Origin: Candidatus Omnitrophota bacterium
GTDB lineage: Bacteria > Omnitrophota > Gorgyraeia > Gygaellales > Profunditerraquicolaceae
Reading direction: 5' to 3'
Assembly (NCBI GenBank): GCA_043813305.1
Contig: JBDRLC010000017.1
Coordinates: forward strand, 85-64,084
Length of the DNA: 64,000 nucleotides
Shown: positions 42,135 to 51,726 of the stretch, in pieces
Layout: every line of letters starts with the position of its first letter
How positions within the stretch are numbered: the first letter of the stretch is position 1
The notes under the pieces: model-generated
Seen by the model: the letters and a program-made list of their open reading frames with translations, nothing else
Databases searched by the model: none
What the model was told of the DNA's origin: nothing
Program-made: the position numbers and the translations under genes

Positions 42135-42680
42135 ATGTCACGTATAGGAAAAAAAGCTATTAATATACCTAAGGATGTAAGGATCGAGTCTAAAGACGGC
42201 ATGATTCAGGTAAAAGGCCCTAAGGGGGAATTAAGCCGTTCTTTATCTGACCGGATCAGCATCGATATAAAGGATAATAAACTTTTTGTCAACCGCGCTA
42301 GTGATGCTAAGCTGGATAAAGCTCTGCACGGTTTATTCAGGGCATTAATCAATAACATGATCATCGGGGTCAATCAGGGCTTTGAAAAAGAGTTGGAGAT
42401 TATCGGCGTTGGATTCAAAGCTCAGGCTCAAGGCGACAATCTGAATATGCAACTCGGGTTTTCACATCCGGTAAACATGCCTATACCTAAGGGCTTAAAA
42501 ATTGAAACACCCAAACATACCCAGATTAAGGTAAGCGGGGTAGATAAGGAATTAGTAGGCAGAATAGCCAGTGAGATACGTAAAATTTGCCCACCTGAGC
42601 CATATAAGGGTAAGGGTATCCGTTTCGCAGGAGAACGCATAAAGAAAAAAGTCGGTAAAGCACAAGCTACCACTAAATAA
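42135..42680 (+). CDS. rplF: 50S ribosomal protein L6
   Basis: Pattern: MSRIGKK.I..P..V, G.GF.A, PEPYKGKGIR. Confidence 0.97.
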   Translation: MSRIGKKAINIPKDVRIESKDGMIQVKGPKGELSRSLSDRISIDIKDNKLFVNRASDAKLDKALHGLFRALINNMIIGVNQGFEKELEIIGVGFKAQAQGDNLNMQLGFSHPVNMPIPKGLKIETPKHTQIKVSGVDKELVGRIASEIRKICPPEPYKGKGIRFAGERIKKKVGKAQATTK

Positions 42681-42681
42681 A

Positions 42682-43041
42682 ATGAAAAAAAGCAAAGCAC
42701 AAAGACTAAAAAGACACCACAGAATACTAAAAAGGATGCAAGGCACCTCTAGCGTTCCCAGGCTGATTGTATGCAAGAGTTTAGCTAATCTCTGGGCGCA
42801 GGCAATAGATGATGTTGGAGATAAAACTGTTTTTTCGCTAAGCACCATGGATAAAGAAGTCAGGGGGAAATTTCCTAAGCCTGGTAACGTTAAAGCCGCC
42901 GAGTTTTTCGGTGAAATATTTGCTCGCAGGGCAAAGGAAAAAGGAATCAGTAAAATCGTCTTTGACCGAACCGGATATTTATACCACGGTAGAATTAAAG
43001 CCTTTGCTGAAGCCTTAAGAAAAGGGGGGTTGCAATTCTAA
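42682..43041 (+). CDS. rplR: 50S ribosomal protein L18
   Basis: L18 pattern (RL.V..S......Q.ID, FDR.GY.YHGR.KA.A...R..GL.F). Confidence 0.96.
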   Translation: MKKSKAQRLKRHHRILKRMQGTSSVPRLIVCKSLANLWAQAIDDVGDKTVFSLSTMDKEVRGKFPKPGNVKAAEFFGEIFARRAKEKGISKIVFDRTGYLYHGRIKAFAEALRKGGLQF

Positions 43042-43042
43042 A

Positions 43043-43504
43043 ATGGCACGCGAAATAAGGATCGGACAGGAAGACTTCGCAATATTAGAAAAAATAATTG
43101 CTATTAACCGTGTTACAAAAGTTACAAAAGGCGGAAAGAAGATGCATTTTAGCGTCTTGGTAGTTGTAGGAGATACTAAAGGCAATGTCGGCTACGCATT
43201 AGAGAAGGCAAATGAAGTAGCCGAAGCAATCCGTAAATCCTTAACTAAGGCGAAGAAATCAATGGTCAAAATACCTATGGAGGGTACCAGCATCCCGCAT
43301 GAGATTATCGGAATAGCCGGTGCAGCTAAGGTACTCTTAAAGCCGGCATCAGAGGGAACCGGAGTAATTGCCGCCGGTCCGGTAAGAGCAGTCTGTGAAG
43401 CAGCAGGTATCAAGGACATCTTAACTAAGTGTATAAGAACTAATAATCCGATAAACGTAGTCAAAGCGACTATCCAAGGATTAACTAATCTTAAGACTGA
43501 ATAA
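43043..43504 (+). CDS. rpsE: 30S ribosomal protein S5
   Basis: Pattern: I.INRV.KV.KGG....F..LVVVGD..G.VG. Confidence 0.97.
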   Translation: MAREIRIGQEDFAILEKIIAINRVTKVTKGGKKMHFSVLVVVGDTKGNVGYALEKANEVAEAIRKSLTKAKKSMVKIPMEGTSIPHEIIGIAGAAKVLLKPASEGTGVIAAGPVRAVCEAAGIKDILTKCIRTNNPINVVKATIQGLTNLKTE

Positions 43505-43506
43505 AA

Positions 43507-44061
43507 ATGAGCGCAAAATTATCAGGAAGAAAAAAAGCCACTAAGAAACCGGCAAAATCAAAGTCAGCTGCTGTAAATAAATCCAAGGAGAAACAAAAGC
43601 CGGATATTCTACGATTAGTAGGAATCCATACCTTAAGACCTCCAAAAGGATCACATAAACGCAGAAAGTACCTTGGTAGAGGGCCCGGATCCGGACATGG
43701 AGAAACTTCTACCCGAGGCAGCAAAGGACAGACTTCACGCGCAGGTAGAGATTTTTACCTGGGTCTTGAAGGAGGTCAAACTCCGCTAATTAGAAGAATA
43801 CCAAAAAGAGGCTTTACGAGTAAATTTAAAAAAGAATACCAGATATTAAATTTAGACGATTTAAATAAGCTAAAAGAGCCAACTATCGGATTGAAGTTAT
43901 TAGAAGATAAAGGCTTAATCAAAGATGGGGGGAAATTAGTAAAGATCTTAGGCAGAGGCGAAATTAAAAATCCGATTAAGATCCAGGCGCATGCTTTTTC
44001 AAAAAGAGCAACTGAGGCGATTAAGAGTGCCGGAGGAGAAACGAAAATTATCAATGCTTAG
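43507..44061 (+). CDS. rplO: 50S ribosomal protein L15 with about 37-aa Lys-rich N-terminal extension
   Basis: The core L..L.P..GS.K.RK..GRG.GSG.G.T..RG.KGQ begins near residue 38. It directly follows rpsE, so no rpmD lies between them. Confidence 0.93.
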   Translation: MSAKLSGRKKATKKPAKSKSAAVNKSKEKQKPDILRLVGIHTLRPPKGSHKRRKYLGRGPGSGHGETSTRGSKGQTSRAGRDFYLGLEGGQTPLIRRIPKRGFTSKFKKEYQILNLDDLNKLKEPTIGLKLLEDKGLIKDGGKLVKILGRGEIKNPIKIQAHAFSKRATEAIKSAGGETKIINA

Positions 44062-45400
44062 TGCACTGGTTAATTCATTTAAAATACCGGATCTAAAAAG
44101 AAGACTATTAATCACAGGGGCACTGATTGCGGTATATCGCATCGGATGCTTTGTGCCTACACCGGGTATTGACGGTGCGGCACTGACTACCTTCTTTCAA
44201 AGGATAGCAAAGACTTCCGGCGGTACGATCTTTGGCATGATTAATATGTTCTCCGGCGGCGCTATGGAGAAACTCACCATCTTTGCATTAGGGATTATGC
44301 CTTATATCTCATCTTCGATTATTATGCAGCTGCTCACAGCGATTATTCCGGCTTTAGAAAAGTTAGCAAAAGAAGGGAAGGCTGGCTACGAGAGAATAAA
44401 TCAATTTACCCGTTACGGTACAGTGGGCTTAGCAATAGTCCAATCATTTTTCATTGCCTTATGGCTTGAAAATCCTGCCCGCTTTGAGGGATTACGCATC
44501 GTAATGAGCCCTGGATGGGGATTCAGGATAATTACCGTTTTAACTCTTACTACCGGCACGATATTTATTATGTGGCTGGGAGAACAGATACAGGAAAGAG
44601 GCATTGGTAACGGAATCTCCCTAGTTATTACCGCGGGTATTATCTCAAGAATCCCAGCAGCCTTTCACCAGTTAGGAATATTAATATCTCCCTTTGATCC
44701 CTCTCGCAGACAGATTCAGCCTTTTACATTAGTGATCATGGCTGCGTTATTAGCCGGCGTGGTATTTGCGGTTATCCTGGTCACTCAGGGCCAGAGAAAG
44801 ATACCGGTTCAATATGCACGCAGGATCGTGGGAAGAAAAATATACGGCGGACAATCAACTTATATACCTTTAAAGGTAGATACTGCCGGAGTAATCTCGA
44901 TAATCTTCGCGCAATCAATCATATTGTTTCCGGCGACATTGGCTTCCTTTATCCCTAATCCGGCTTTTCAAAGATTAGCACAGAGCCTGGTTAGAGGACA
45001 AATTCTTTATACGGCAGTATTTGCGATGCTGATCATCTTCTTTTGTTATTTCTATACTGCTATCGTCTTTAACCCCGTGGATCTATCGGAAAATATGAAA
45101 AAATACGGCGGTTTTATACCCGGCATAAGGCCAGGGGCTCCTACGGCTGAATTCCTGGATTACGTAATGACTAGAATCACATTGGCCGGAGCATTATTCA
45201 TCGCTTTTATCGCCATATTCCCCGATTTTATTATGGCCTGGCTTAAAGTACCTTATCTTGTAGCTTCGTTTTTCGGAGGAACGGGTATCCTGATTATTGT
45301 AGGAGTTATGCTTGATACCTTAAAGCAGATCGAATCACACCTTCTTATGCATCATTATGACGGTTTTATAAAAGGCGGACGTATGAAAGGGAGGAGATAG
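44054..45400 (+). CDS. secY: preprotein translocase subunit SecY
   Basis: 10-TM SecY pattern (LRRR.L.T, GI.PYI..SII.QLL, GNG.SL.I). The start is moved to ATG 44054 (MLSALVNSF), which overlaps the rplO end by 8 nt. Confidence 0.95.
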   Translation: MLSALVNSFKIPDLKRRLLITGALIAVYRIGCFVPTPGIDGAALTTFFQRIAKTSGGTIFGMINMFSGGAMEKLTIFALGIMPYISSSIIMQLLTAIIPALEKLAKEGKAGYERINQFTRYGTVGLAIVQSFFIALWLENPARFEGLRIVMSPGWGFRIITVLTLTTGTIFIMWLGEQIQERGIGNGISLVITAGIISRIPAAFHQLGILISPFDPSRRQIQPFTLVIMAALLAGVVFAVILVTQGQRKIPVQYARRIVGRKIYGGQSTYIPLKVDTAGVISIIFAQSIILFPATLASFIPNPAFQRLAQSLVRGQILYTAVFAMLIIFFCYFYTAIVFNPVDLSENMKKYGGFIPGIRPGAPTAEFLDYVMTRITLAGALFIAFIAIFPDFIMAWLKVPYLVASFFGGTGILIIVGVMLDTLKQIESHLLMHHYDGFIKGGRMKGRR

Positions 45401-46065
45401 TGAAGATTATCTTATTAGGCCCTCCCGGTGCCGGTAAAGGAACACAGGCAAAAAGGCTAGCCCAGAGATTAAATATTCCCCATGTATCTACGGGTGATCT
45501 ACTCAGAGAAAATGTAAAAAAGGGGACTGCTTTAGGAAGCAAGGCGAAAAGTTTTATGGAAAAAGGGTTACTGGTGCCTGATGACTTAATCGCCGAGATG
45601 ATGAGTCAAAGATTATCTATAGATGATGCAAAGAAAGATTTTATCCTTGATGGTTATCCGAGAAACCTAAGCCAAGCCAGGACATTAGACCAAGTAATTA
45701 AGCAAAGGGAATCTGACGTGGATCTGGTGGTTTATTTAGATACAAGCGGTCCTGTAATCATACAGCGTTTAACCGGCCGTTTGGTTTGTAGTAAATGCGG
45801 GGCTAACTTTCATGCTACTAATATGCCGCCGAAAGAAGCAGGCATTTGTAACGGCTGCCAGGGGAAACTTTATCAAAGAGCTGATGATAAAGAAGAAACA
45901 GTAAAGAAACGGCTCGATGTCTATGAACAAGAAACATCATCTTTGATTAAATATTATGAAGATAAAAAAAAGCTTTATCATATCAGCGCTGATGAGGATG
46001 CTTTAGTGGTATTGGATAAGATAATAGAACTTGTACAAAATTGTAATGATACCCTTAAAGTCTGA
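45400..46065 (+). CDS. adk: adenylate kinase (Zn-lid form)
   Basis: Pattern: GPPGAGKGTQA, STGDLLR, GYPR; lid CSKCG...CNGCQG. GTG start overlaps the secY stop. Confidence 0.96.
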   Translation: MKIILLGPPGAGKGTQAKRLAQRLNIPHVSTGDLLRENVKKGTALGSKAKSFMEKGLLVPDDLIAEMMSQRLSIDDAKKDFILDGYPRNLSQARTLDQVIKQRESDVDLVVYLDTSGPVIIQRLTGRLVCSKCGANFHATNMPPKEAGICNGCQGKLYQRADDKEETVKKRLDVYEQETSSLIKYYEDKKKLYHISADEDALVVLDKIIELVQNCNDTLKV

Positions 46066-46792
46066 AGATGATTTAAAGATGTTAAGAGAGACGGGGAAAA
46101 TTTTAAATCGGATCATGAGGAAATTAGAACGGGTGGTAAAAAACGGAGTCTCCACCGAAGAGATTAATAACCTTGCCGAACGGTTAGTCTCTGAAGAGAA
46201 TTGTCTTGCCGCTTTTAAAGGATACCGCGGTTTCCCGGCTTCAATCTGTACTTCGATTAATGAAGAGATTGTGCATGGCATCCCCGGGAAAAAGAAGATT
46301 AAACAAGGCGATATCCTCAGCCTGGATTTGGGTATAAACTATAAAGGATACTTTGCGGATTCAGCGGTTACCATACCGGTTGGTCCGATAGATTCAAAAC
46401 TAAAGAAATTAATCGAGGTGACAAAAAAGGCTTTGTCGGAAGGTATTAAACAAGCTAAAGTAGATAACCGGCTATCCGATATCTCTTGCACTATTCAAGA
46501 TTATGTTGAGAATAGCGGATTTTCAGTAGTGCGCCAATTTGTCGGACATGGGATCGGACGTAACCTACATGAGGAACCGGAGATACCAAATTTCGGGCAA
46601 CCTGATCAAGGACCGGTATTAAAGCATGGAATGGTATTTGCCATAGAGCCTATGGTTAATATGGGAACCTGGGAATCAGAAATTTTGGATAATGGCTGGA
46701 CTGCCGTTACCAAAGATAGGCTGGCATCTGCCCATTTTGAACATACGGTGGCAATTACCGATAGAGGACCTGAAATTTTGACTAATAATTAA
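46031..46792 (+). CDS. map: type I methionine aminopeptidase
   Basis: Pattern: VHGIP....K.GDI...D.G....GY..D...T..VG, F.GHGIG...HE.P.I.N, FAIEPM, EHT...T. Confidence 0.95.
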   Translation: MYKIVMIPLKSEDDLKMLRETGKILNRIMRKLERVVKNGVSTEEINNLAERLVSEENCLAAFKGYRGFPASICTSINEEIVHGIPGKKKIKQGDILSLDLGINYKGYFADSAVTIPVGPIDSKLKKLIEVTKKALSEGIKQAKVDNRLSDISCTIQDYVENSGFSVVRQFVGHGIGRNLHEEPEIPNFGQPDQGPVLKHGMVFAIEPMVNMGTWESEILDNGWTAVTKDRLASAHFEHTVAITDRGPEILTNN

Positions 46793-46793
46793 T

Positions 46794-47012
46794 ATGGCAA
46801 AAGAAGAACTGATTGAGACTGAAGGTAAGATTATCGAAGCTCTGCCGAATGCGATGTTTAAAGTAGAGCTCGAGAACGGGCACATGGTACTGGCACATGT
46901 TTCCGGAAAGATGAGAATGCATTTTATTAGAATATTACCGGGTGACAAAGTAAAACTGGAACTTTCACCTTATGATTTAAGCCGGGGGAGAATCACATAC
47001 AGGTCTAAATAA
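46794..47012 (+). CDS. infA: translation initiation factor IF-1
   Basis: Pattern: MAKEE.IE.EG.I.E.LPNAMF.VELENGH.VLAH.SGKMR...IRILPGD.V..ELSPYDL.RGRI.YR. Confidence 0.98.
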   Translation: MAKEELIETEGKIIEALPNAMFKVELENGHMVLAHVSGKMRMHFIRILPGDKVKLELSPYDLSRGRITYRSK

Positions 47013-47200
47013 GTGAGGACATAAGTTATGCCTGCCTGCCGGTAGGCAGAGAGCGTAAGCGAACATAACTTATCTGTCCGAACTTACCCTCACACCAATT
47101 ATATAATTGGTGTGAGGGTTAAATTCGCACGTTCAGAGAAGTAAGAAGGAGGAAGATTGATACTTGAAATTTTCAATGTCAAGTATCAAGTGCTCATTTA
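47010..47200 (+). repeat. structured intergenic element, copy B (family shared with 20350-20602)
   Basis: Starts AAATAAGTGAGGACA on the infA stop. Stem 47017-47030/47064-47079 encloses the CCTGCCTGCCGGTAGGCAG hairpin. A 34-nt perfect palindrome lies at 47086-47119, and stem 47157-47167/47179-47189 follows. Ends GTGCTCATTTAAT at the rpmJ ATG. Confidence 0.8.
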
Positions 47201-47314
47201 ATGAAAGTTAAAGCATCGGTAAGAAAAATTTGCGAAAGATGTAAAGTGATCAAAAGAAGGGGGATCGTCAGAGTAATCTGCAATAACCCTAAGCATAAAC
47301 AAAGGCAAGGATAG
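47201..47314 (+). CDS. rpmJ: 50S ribosomal protein L36 (Cys/His zinc form)
   Basis: Not in the ORF track (37 aa). Translation: [37 protein letters not shown]. Confidence 0.95.
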   Translation: MKVKASVRKICERCKVIKRRGIVRVICNNPKHKQRQG

Positions 47315-47323
47315 GAGAAAATA

Positions 47324-47740
47324 ATGCCCAGAATTTTAGGTGTTGATATCCCTAAAGAGAAAAAAATTGAGATTTCACTTACCTATTTATATGGAGTAGG
47401 AAGATTTACCGCGAATCAGCTGCTCAAAGAAGCGGGGATTGATCCGAACCGCAAAGCTAAGGATTTATCGGAAGAGGAAATCTCGCGTATAACCAACACC
47501 ATCCAGAAAAGCGGGAAGAGATTCGAGGGTGACTTGCGCCGGGATATATCGCAGAATATTAAAAGATTAATTGATATTGGCTCATGGAGAGGTATGCGTC
47601 ATAAAAAGGGTTTACCTGTCAGGGGACAGCGTACGCGGACAAATGCAAGAACCCGTAAAGGCCCCCGCCGCGGAGGTATGGCAATCATCAAAAAAGATAC
47701 CGCTGCAAAGAAAGCAGCACCCGCCCCAAAGCGACCGTAG
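47324..47740 (+). CDS. rpsM: 30S ribosomal protein S13
   Basis: Pattern: ARI.GVDIP..K......[24 protein letters not shown]. The last codons and stop lie inside the first unit of a tandem repeat. Confidence 0.97.
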   Translation: MPRILGVDIPKEKKIEISLTYLYGVGRFTANQLLKEAGIDPNRKAKDLSEEEISRITNTIQKSGKRFEGDLRRDISQNIKRLIDIGSWRGMRHKKGLPVRGQRTRTNARTRKGPRRGGMAIIKKDTAAKKAAPAPKRP

Positions 47741-47820
47741 GAAGTCCTGAGCGCAAACGAAGGACGACCGTAGGGAGTCCTGAGTTTATCGAAGGGCGGA
47801 TCCCCGCAGTTAAGCGGAGG
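47732..47820 (+). repeat. tandem 33-nt repeat with REP-like TGAGCG..CGAAGG hairpins
   Basis: CGACCGTAGGAAGTCCTGAG (47732-47751) and CGACCGTAGGGAGTCCTGAG (47765-47784) match at 19/20. The hairpin is GTCCT-GAGCGCAAACGA-AGGAC (47744-47765). A third small hairpin, CCGC-AGTTAA-GCGG, follows at 47804-47817. Confidence 0.75.
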
Positions 47821-47842
47821 GATAAAAGGAGGGTAGTAATTA

Positions 47843-48232
47843 ATGGCAACTAAAGATAAGGCAAAGAAGAAAAAAATAGCAAGAGGCGTAACTTCCGGAA
47901 TAGTCCATATTCAGGCGAGTTTTAACAATACCGTAATCACAATCACTGATAAGCAGGGGAATGTTATGGTCTGGTCAACTCCCGGAGTTGTAGGTTATGG
48001 CGGTTCAAAGCGGTCTACTCCTTTTGCCGCGCAGGTAGCCGCCACCGATGCAGCGAGAAAGGCTAAGGAGATCGGGATAAAAGAAGTCGAAGTGCGCGTA
48101 AAGGGCCCCGGATTCGGCAGAGAGTCTGCAATCAGAGCGATACAAGCAGCAGGACTTATGGTCACCTCCATAAAAGATGTCACTCCAATGCCCCACAACG
48201 GATGTCGTCCTAAGAAGAAAAGGAGAGTCTAA
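47843..48232 (+). CDS. rpsK: 30S ribosomal protein S11
   Basis: Pattern: G..HI.ASFNNT..T.TD..GN...WS..G..G..GS.K.TPFAAQ. Confidence 0.97.
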   Translation: MATKDKAKKKKIARGVTSGIVHIQASFNNTVITITDKQGNVMVWSTPGVVGYGGSKRSTPFAAQVAATDAARKAKEIGIKEVEVRVKGPGFGRESAIRAIQAAGLMVTSIKDVTPMPHNGCRPKKKRRV

Positions 48233-48235
48233 TAG

Positions 48236-48868
48236 ATGGCAAGATACACAGGTGCGGTTTGTAGACTATGTAGGCGTGCGCAGGAGAAACTATTTTTAAA
48301 GGGCACGAGGTGCTTCATGGAAAAATGCGCAGTGGTCAAAAGAAATTATGCCCCCGGACAGCAAGGAAATAATAAAAAAAGAGTCAAACTCTCTAACTAC
48401 GGTTTACAGATGAGAGAAAAGCAAAAAGTAAAGAGGATGTATGGTGTCCTTGAGAAGCAATTCCGCAGATACTTCGCAATCGCCGCCAGGTCAAAGGGAG
48501 TTACCGGAAAAATTTTGCTGCAGCTCTTAGAGAGAAGGCTGGATAACGTCATCTTCAGGCTGGGGATAGCTTTATCTCGTTCACAAGCAAGGCAGATAGT
48601 AAGGCACAATCAAGTCTATGTAAATGCAAAACGGGTAAATATCCCGTCATTTACCGTAGATAAAAACGATGCAATTACAATTAAGGTAAAGGCAAAAGGA
48701 CTAAATAAAATAAGGGAAAATCTCGAGATTTCTAAGGACAGGACTTTACCTTCATGGTTAGACTTTAATAAAGAAGCACTCCGGGCATCTGTATTAAGAC
48801 TTCCGGAAAAAGAAGATATACAGCAGCTGATTCAAGAACAGTTAATCGTGGAGTTGTACTCCAAATAA
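48236..48868 (+). CDS. rpsD: 30S ribosomal protein S4
   Basis: Pattern: MARYTG...RL.RR, LERRLDNV.FR.G, an S4 domain. Confidence 0.97.
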   Translation: MARYTGAVCRLCRRAQEKLFLKGTRCFMEKCAVVKRNYAPGQQGNNKKRVKLSNYGLQMREKQKVKRMYGVLEKQFRRYFAIAARSKGVTGKILLQLLERRLDNVIFRLGIALSRSQARQIVRHNQVYVNAKRVNIPSFTVDKNDAITIKVKAKGLNKIRENLEISKDRTLPSWLDFNKEALRASVLRLPEKEDIQQLIQEQLIVELYSK

Positions 48869-48897
48869 TATATTAGAACGAAAGTAAGGAGCGAAAA

Positions 48898-49890
48898 ATG
48901 GGGATTAAATGGAGAGATTTTCAATTACCTAAAAGATTAGAGTGCGACGAATCTACCTACATTAATACATACGGCAGGTTTTCTGCTGCTCCGTTTGAAA
49001 GAGGTTATGGAGTCACATTAGGGAACTCCCTAAGAAGAGTACTCCTTTCATCTATCGAGGGCAGCGCAGTGACATCTGTTAAGATACAAGGAGTACAGCA
49101 TGAATTTTCTACGATCACCGGCATCATCGAAGATGTTCCTGAAATAATTCTGAATTTGAAAAGCCTGGTATTGAATTCTCACTCTAAAATACCCAAAACA
49201 ATTTATCTGAAGAGAACCACTAAGGGCGATGTAAAGGCGAAGGATATCGAAGTCGATGAAACCATAGAAATAATCAATCCCGATCTTCATATAGCTACGC
49301 TTAGCAAAGATGCAAAATTGAATATCGAGATGGAAGTAGCAAAAGGAAGAGGATATGTCCCAGCGGAATTAAATAAAAAAGAAGAAAAAGCCATCGGCGT
49401 GGTTCCGATAGACTCTGTTTTTACTCCAGTCAAGAAAGTGAACTTCTTCGTAGAAAATACGCGTGTCGGCCAGAGAACGGACTATGATAAGCTTATCCTG
49501 GATATCTGGACGAACGGGGCGATTACGCCAAAAGACGCACTTCTATATGCCTCAAATATACTGCAACGACACCTGGATATCTTCGTGAATTTCGGCCAAT
49601 TACCTGAAGATATTGAAGAGGAAGAGCCAGAGATGAGTAAAGAAGAACTCGCTCTCTATGAAAAACTAAGGCTTCCTATCTCTGAGCTTGAATTATCCGT
49701 AAGAAGTTCTAATTGTTTAAGGGAAGCCGGGATTAAGGCCATCGCTGATCTGGTAAAAAGGTCGGAGGATGAGATGCTCGGTTTTAAGAATTTCGGCAAG
49801 AAATCACTAAACGAAATAAAAAGCCTGCTTGTCGGAATGGGTTTGACCCTAGGTATGCAGATCGACCAAAAGAAACTTAAGAAAGCTTAA
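48898..49890 (+). CDS. rpoA: DNA-directed RNA polymerase subunit alpha
   Basis: Pattern: G.TLGN.LRR.LLSS..G.A; C-terminal domain LELSVRS.NCL....I..I.DL. Confidence 0.97.
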   Translation: MGIKWRDFQLPKRLECDESTYINTYGRFSAAPFERGYGVTLGNSLRRVLLSSIEGSAVTSVKIQGVQHEFSTITGIIEDVPEIILNLKSLVLNSHSKIPKTIYLKRTTKGDVKAKDIEVDETIEIINPDLHIATLSKDAKLNIEMEVAKGRGYVPAELNKKEEKAIGVVPIDSVFTPVKKVNFFVENTRVGQRTDYDKLILDIWTNGAITPKDALLYASNILQRHLDIFVNFGQLPEDIEEEEPEMSKEELALYEKLRLPISELELSVRSSNCLREAGIKAIADLVKRSEDEMLGFKNFGKKSLNEIKSLLVGMGLTLGMQIDQKKLKKA

Positions 49891-49895
49891 AAACG

Positions 49896-50519
49896 ATGAG
49901 GCATAAAAAATCAAGACATCAGCTTAATAGATTTACCAGTTGGCGTAAAGCTACCTTAAAGAGCCTAGCGAGAAACCTGCTAACCCAGCAGAGAATTAGA
50001 ACCTCGGTTTCTAAAGCTAAGGCGGTTCAGCCAATGATTGAAGGATTGATCAGCCTGGCCAAGCGTAATACCCTCAGCGCAAAAAGAAAGGCTGCAAGCA
50101 TATTAAATAATGACCACGGCTTAGTAAGCCGGCTTTTTAATGATATCGGGCCCAGGTTTAAGGACCGCATGGGCGGATACACCAGAATCGTTAATTTGGG
50201 CTACAGAAGAGGAGATAATGCTAAATTAGCGGTCTTTGAACTGACTAAAATCAAAGAAGAACTGCTTAAGAAACCTAAGAAGAAGGTCGCTAAATCTGAA
50301 ACAACTGCCGAAGAAGAAAAAACCCAGAAACCTACGCAGGAAAAAACAGTTAAGAAGCCTGAGATTAAAAAGCCCGAAGAGAAGAAACCTGAAGAAAAAG
50401 AGCCTAAAACAAAGGTAGCTCTGGAAAAGAAGCACCCAGTAGAAAAAACGAAAAAACCTACCAAGCGATTTTTGGGAGGACTGAAGAATATCTTTAAAAA
50501 AGAACGAGATTCCCTATAA
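49896..50519 (+). CDS. rplQ: 50S ribosomal protein L17 with about 85-aa Lys/Glu/Pro-rich C-terminal extension
   Basis: The core is MRH.K....L.R....R.A.L..L...L. The tail is KKPKKKVAKSE...KKPEIKKPEEKKPEEKEPK... Confidence 0.93.
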   Translation: MRHKKSRHQLNRFTSWRKATLKSLARNLLTQQRIRTSVSKAKAVQPMIEGLISLAKRNTLSAKRKAASILNNDHGLVSRLFNDIGPRFKDRMGGYTRIVNLGYRRGDNAKLAVFELTKIKEELLKKPKKKVAKSETTAEEEKTQKPTQEKTVKKPEIKKPEEKKPEEKEPKTKVALEKKHPVEKTKKPTKRFLGGLKNIFKKERDSL

Positions 50520-50535
50520 ATAAAGGAGAATCTTC

Positions 50536-51726
50536 ATGCGAGTAGAAATCAGGCTTGCCAAACGTTTAAATTCAATTAACCCTTCCCAGACCCTCGTTAT
50601 AACTTCTACAGCAAAAAAACTAAAAAAAGAAGGTAAAGATATAGTAAATTTAGCAGCCGGTGAGCCGGACTTTGATACTCCGGACTTTATCAAAGAAAAA
50701 GCCCATCAGGCAATTAAAGACGGATTCACCAAATATACGCCAACTACAGGAATCCCTGAATTAAAAGAAGCGATCTCTAGAAAATTGAAGAAAGACAATA
50801 ATCTAATATACAGCCCGAGCCAAATAGTAGTATCTAATGGTGCTAAACATTGCATATTCAATGCGCTATTTGCCCTGGTTGATATTGGAGATGAAGTCTT
50901 GATCGCTTCCCCTTATTGGGTCAGTTACCCGGAGATGGTGAATCTATGCCAGGGTATCCCGCGTTTCGTTAAAACTACTGTCGAGAACGATTTTAAAATT
51001 GAGGCGAAAGAATTAGAAAAATATATCACACCTAAAACAAAACTTCTGATTTTAAACACCCCTGCAAATCCAACGGGCGCGGTTTACAGCAAAGAAGAGC
51101 TCGAAGATATAGCTAAGATCTGCGTAGAGAAAAAAATATTTGTGATTAGCGACGAAATATATGAAAAGCTAATCTATGACAACCTTAAACATATTTCAAT
51201 TGCTTCATTTAACAAAGATATCTACGGATTAACAATTACCGTTAACGGCCTGTCTAAGAGTTTCTCTATGACCGGCTGGAGGATCGGGTATCTGGCTGCA
51301 CCACCCGATATAGTCGAGGCAATATCAAACATACAAAGCCATACCACTTCAAATCCTGTATCGATCAGTCAAAAAGCAGCTTTAGCCGGCTTTGAAGCAG
51401 GAGATGAATTTTGCCGCCATATATGTAAAGAGTTCTGGAAGAGAAGGGATTATATAATTTCAAGGCTTAAAGTGATGAATAAGATCAGCTACGTTATGCC
51501 TAAGGGCGCATTCTACATCTTCTGCAATATCTCTAAGACCGGACTTGATTCTTTAACCTTTTCTAAACGTTTACTCGATGAGATGCTGGTGAGTGTTATC
51601 CCTGGCGAAGCCTTCGGCTGGGATGACTACGTCAGGATCAGTTTTGCTACAAGTATAGAACAACTAACCAAAGGCATGGATAGATTAGAAGAGTGGCTCC
51701 AAAAACAATCGCGGAAAAAATATTAA
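50536..51726 (+). CDS. class I PLP-dependent aminotransferase (aspartate aminotransferase-like)
   Basis: Pattern: AAGEPDFDTP, Y....G...L, N.P.NPTG, SKSFSMTGWRIGY (PLP lysine). Confidence 0.85.
   Translation: MRVEIRLAKRLNSINPSQTLVITSTAKKLKKEGKDIVNLAAGEPDFDTPDFIKEKAHQAIKDGFTKYTPTTGIPELKEAISRKLKKDNNLIYSPSQIVVSNGAKHCIFNALFALVDIGDEVLIASPYWVSYPEMVNLCQGIPRFVKTTVENDFKIEAKELEKYITPKTKLLILNTPANPTGAVYSKEELEDIAKICVEKKIFVISDEIYEKLIYDNLKHISIASFNKDIYGLTITVNGLSKSFSMTGWRIGYLAAPPDIVEAISNIQSHTTSNPVSISQKAALAGFEAGDEFCRHICKEFWKRRDYIISRLKVMNKISYVMPKGAFYIFCNISKTGLDSLTFSKRLLDEMLVSVIPGEAFGWDDYVRISFATSIEQLTKGMDRLEEWLQKQSRKKY

Noticed and set aside
43507-43620. L30 fused to the N-terminus of L15
   Set aside because: The extension is a low-complexity Lys/Ala/Ser-rich segment with no resemblance to the L30 fold pattern (…IKVTL.RS.IG…).
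47744-47765. Hammerhead-like core in CCTGAGCG-CAAA-CGAAGG hairpins (also at 1-31)
   Set aside because: The hammerhead requires CUGANGA ... GAAA with specific helix junctions. Here position 8 is C rather than G, the A9 equivalent is missing, and no three-helix junction or cleavage-site context exists.
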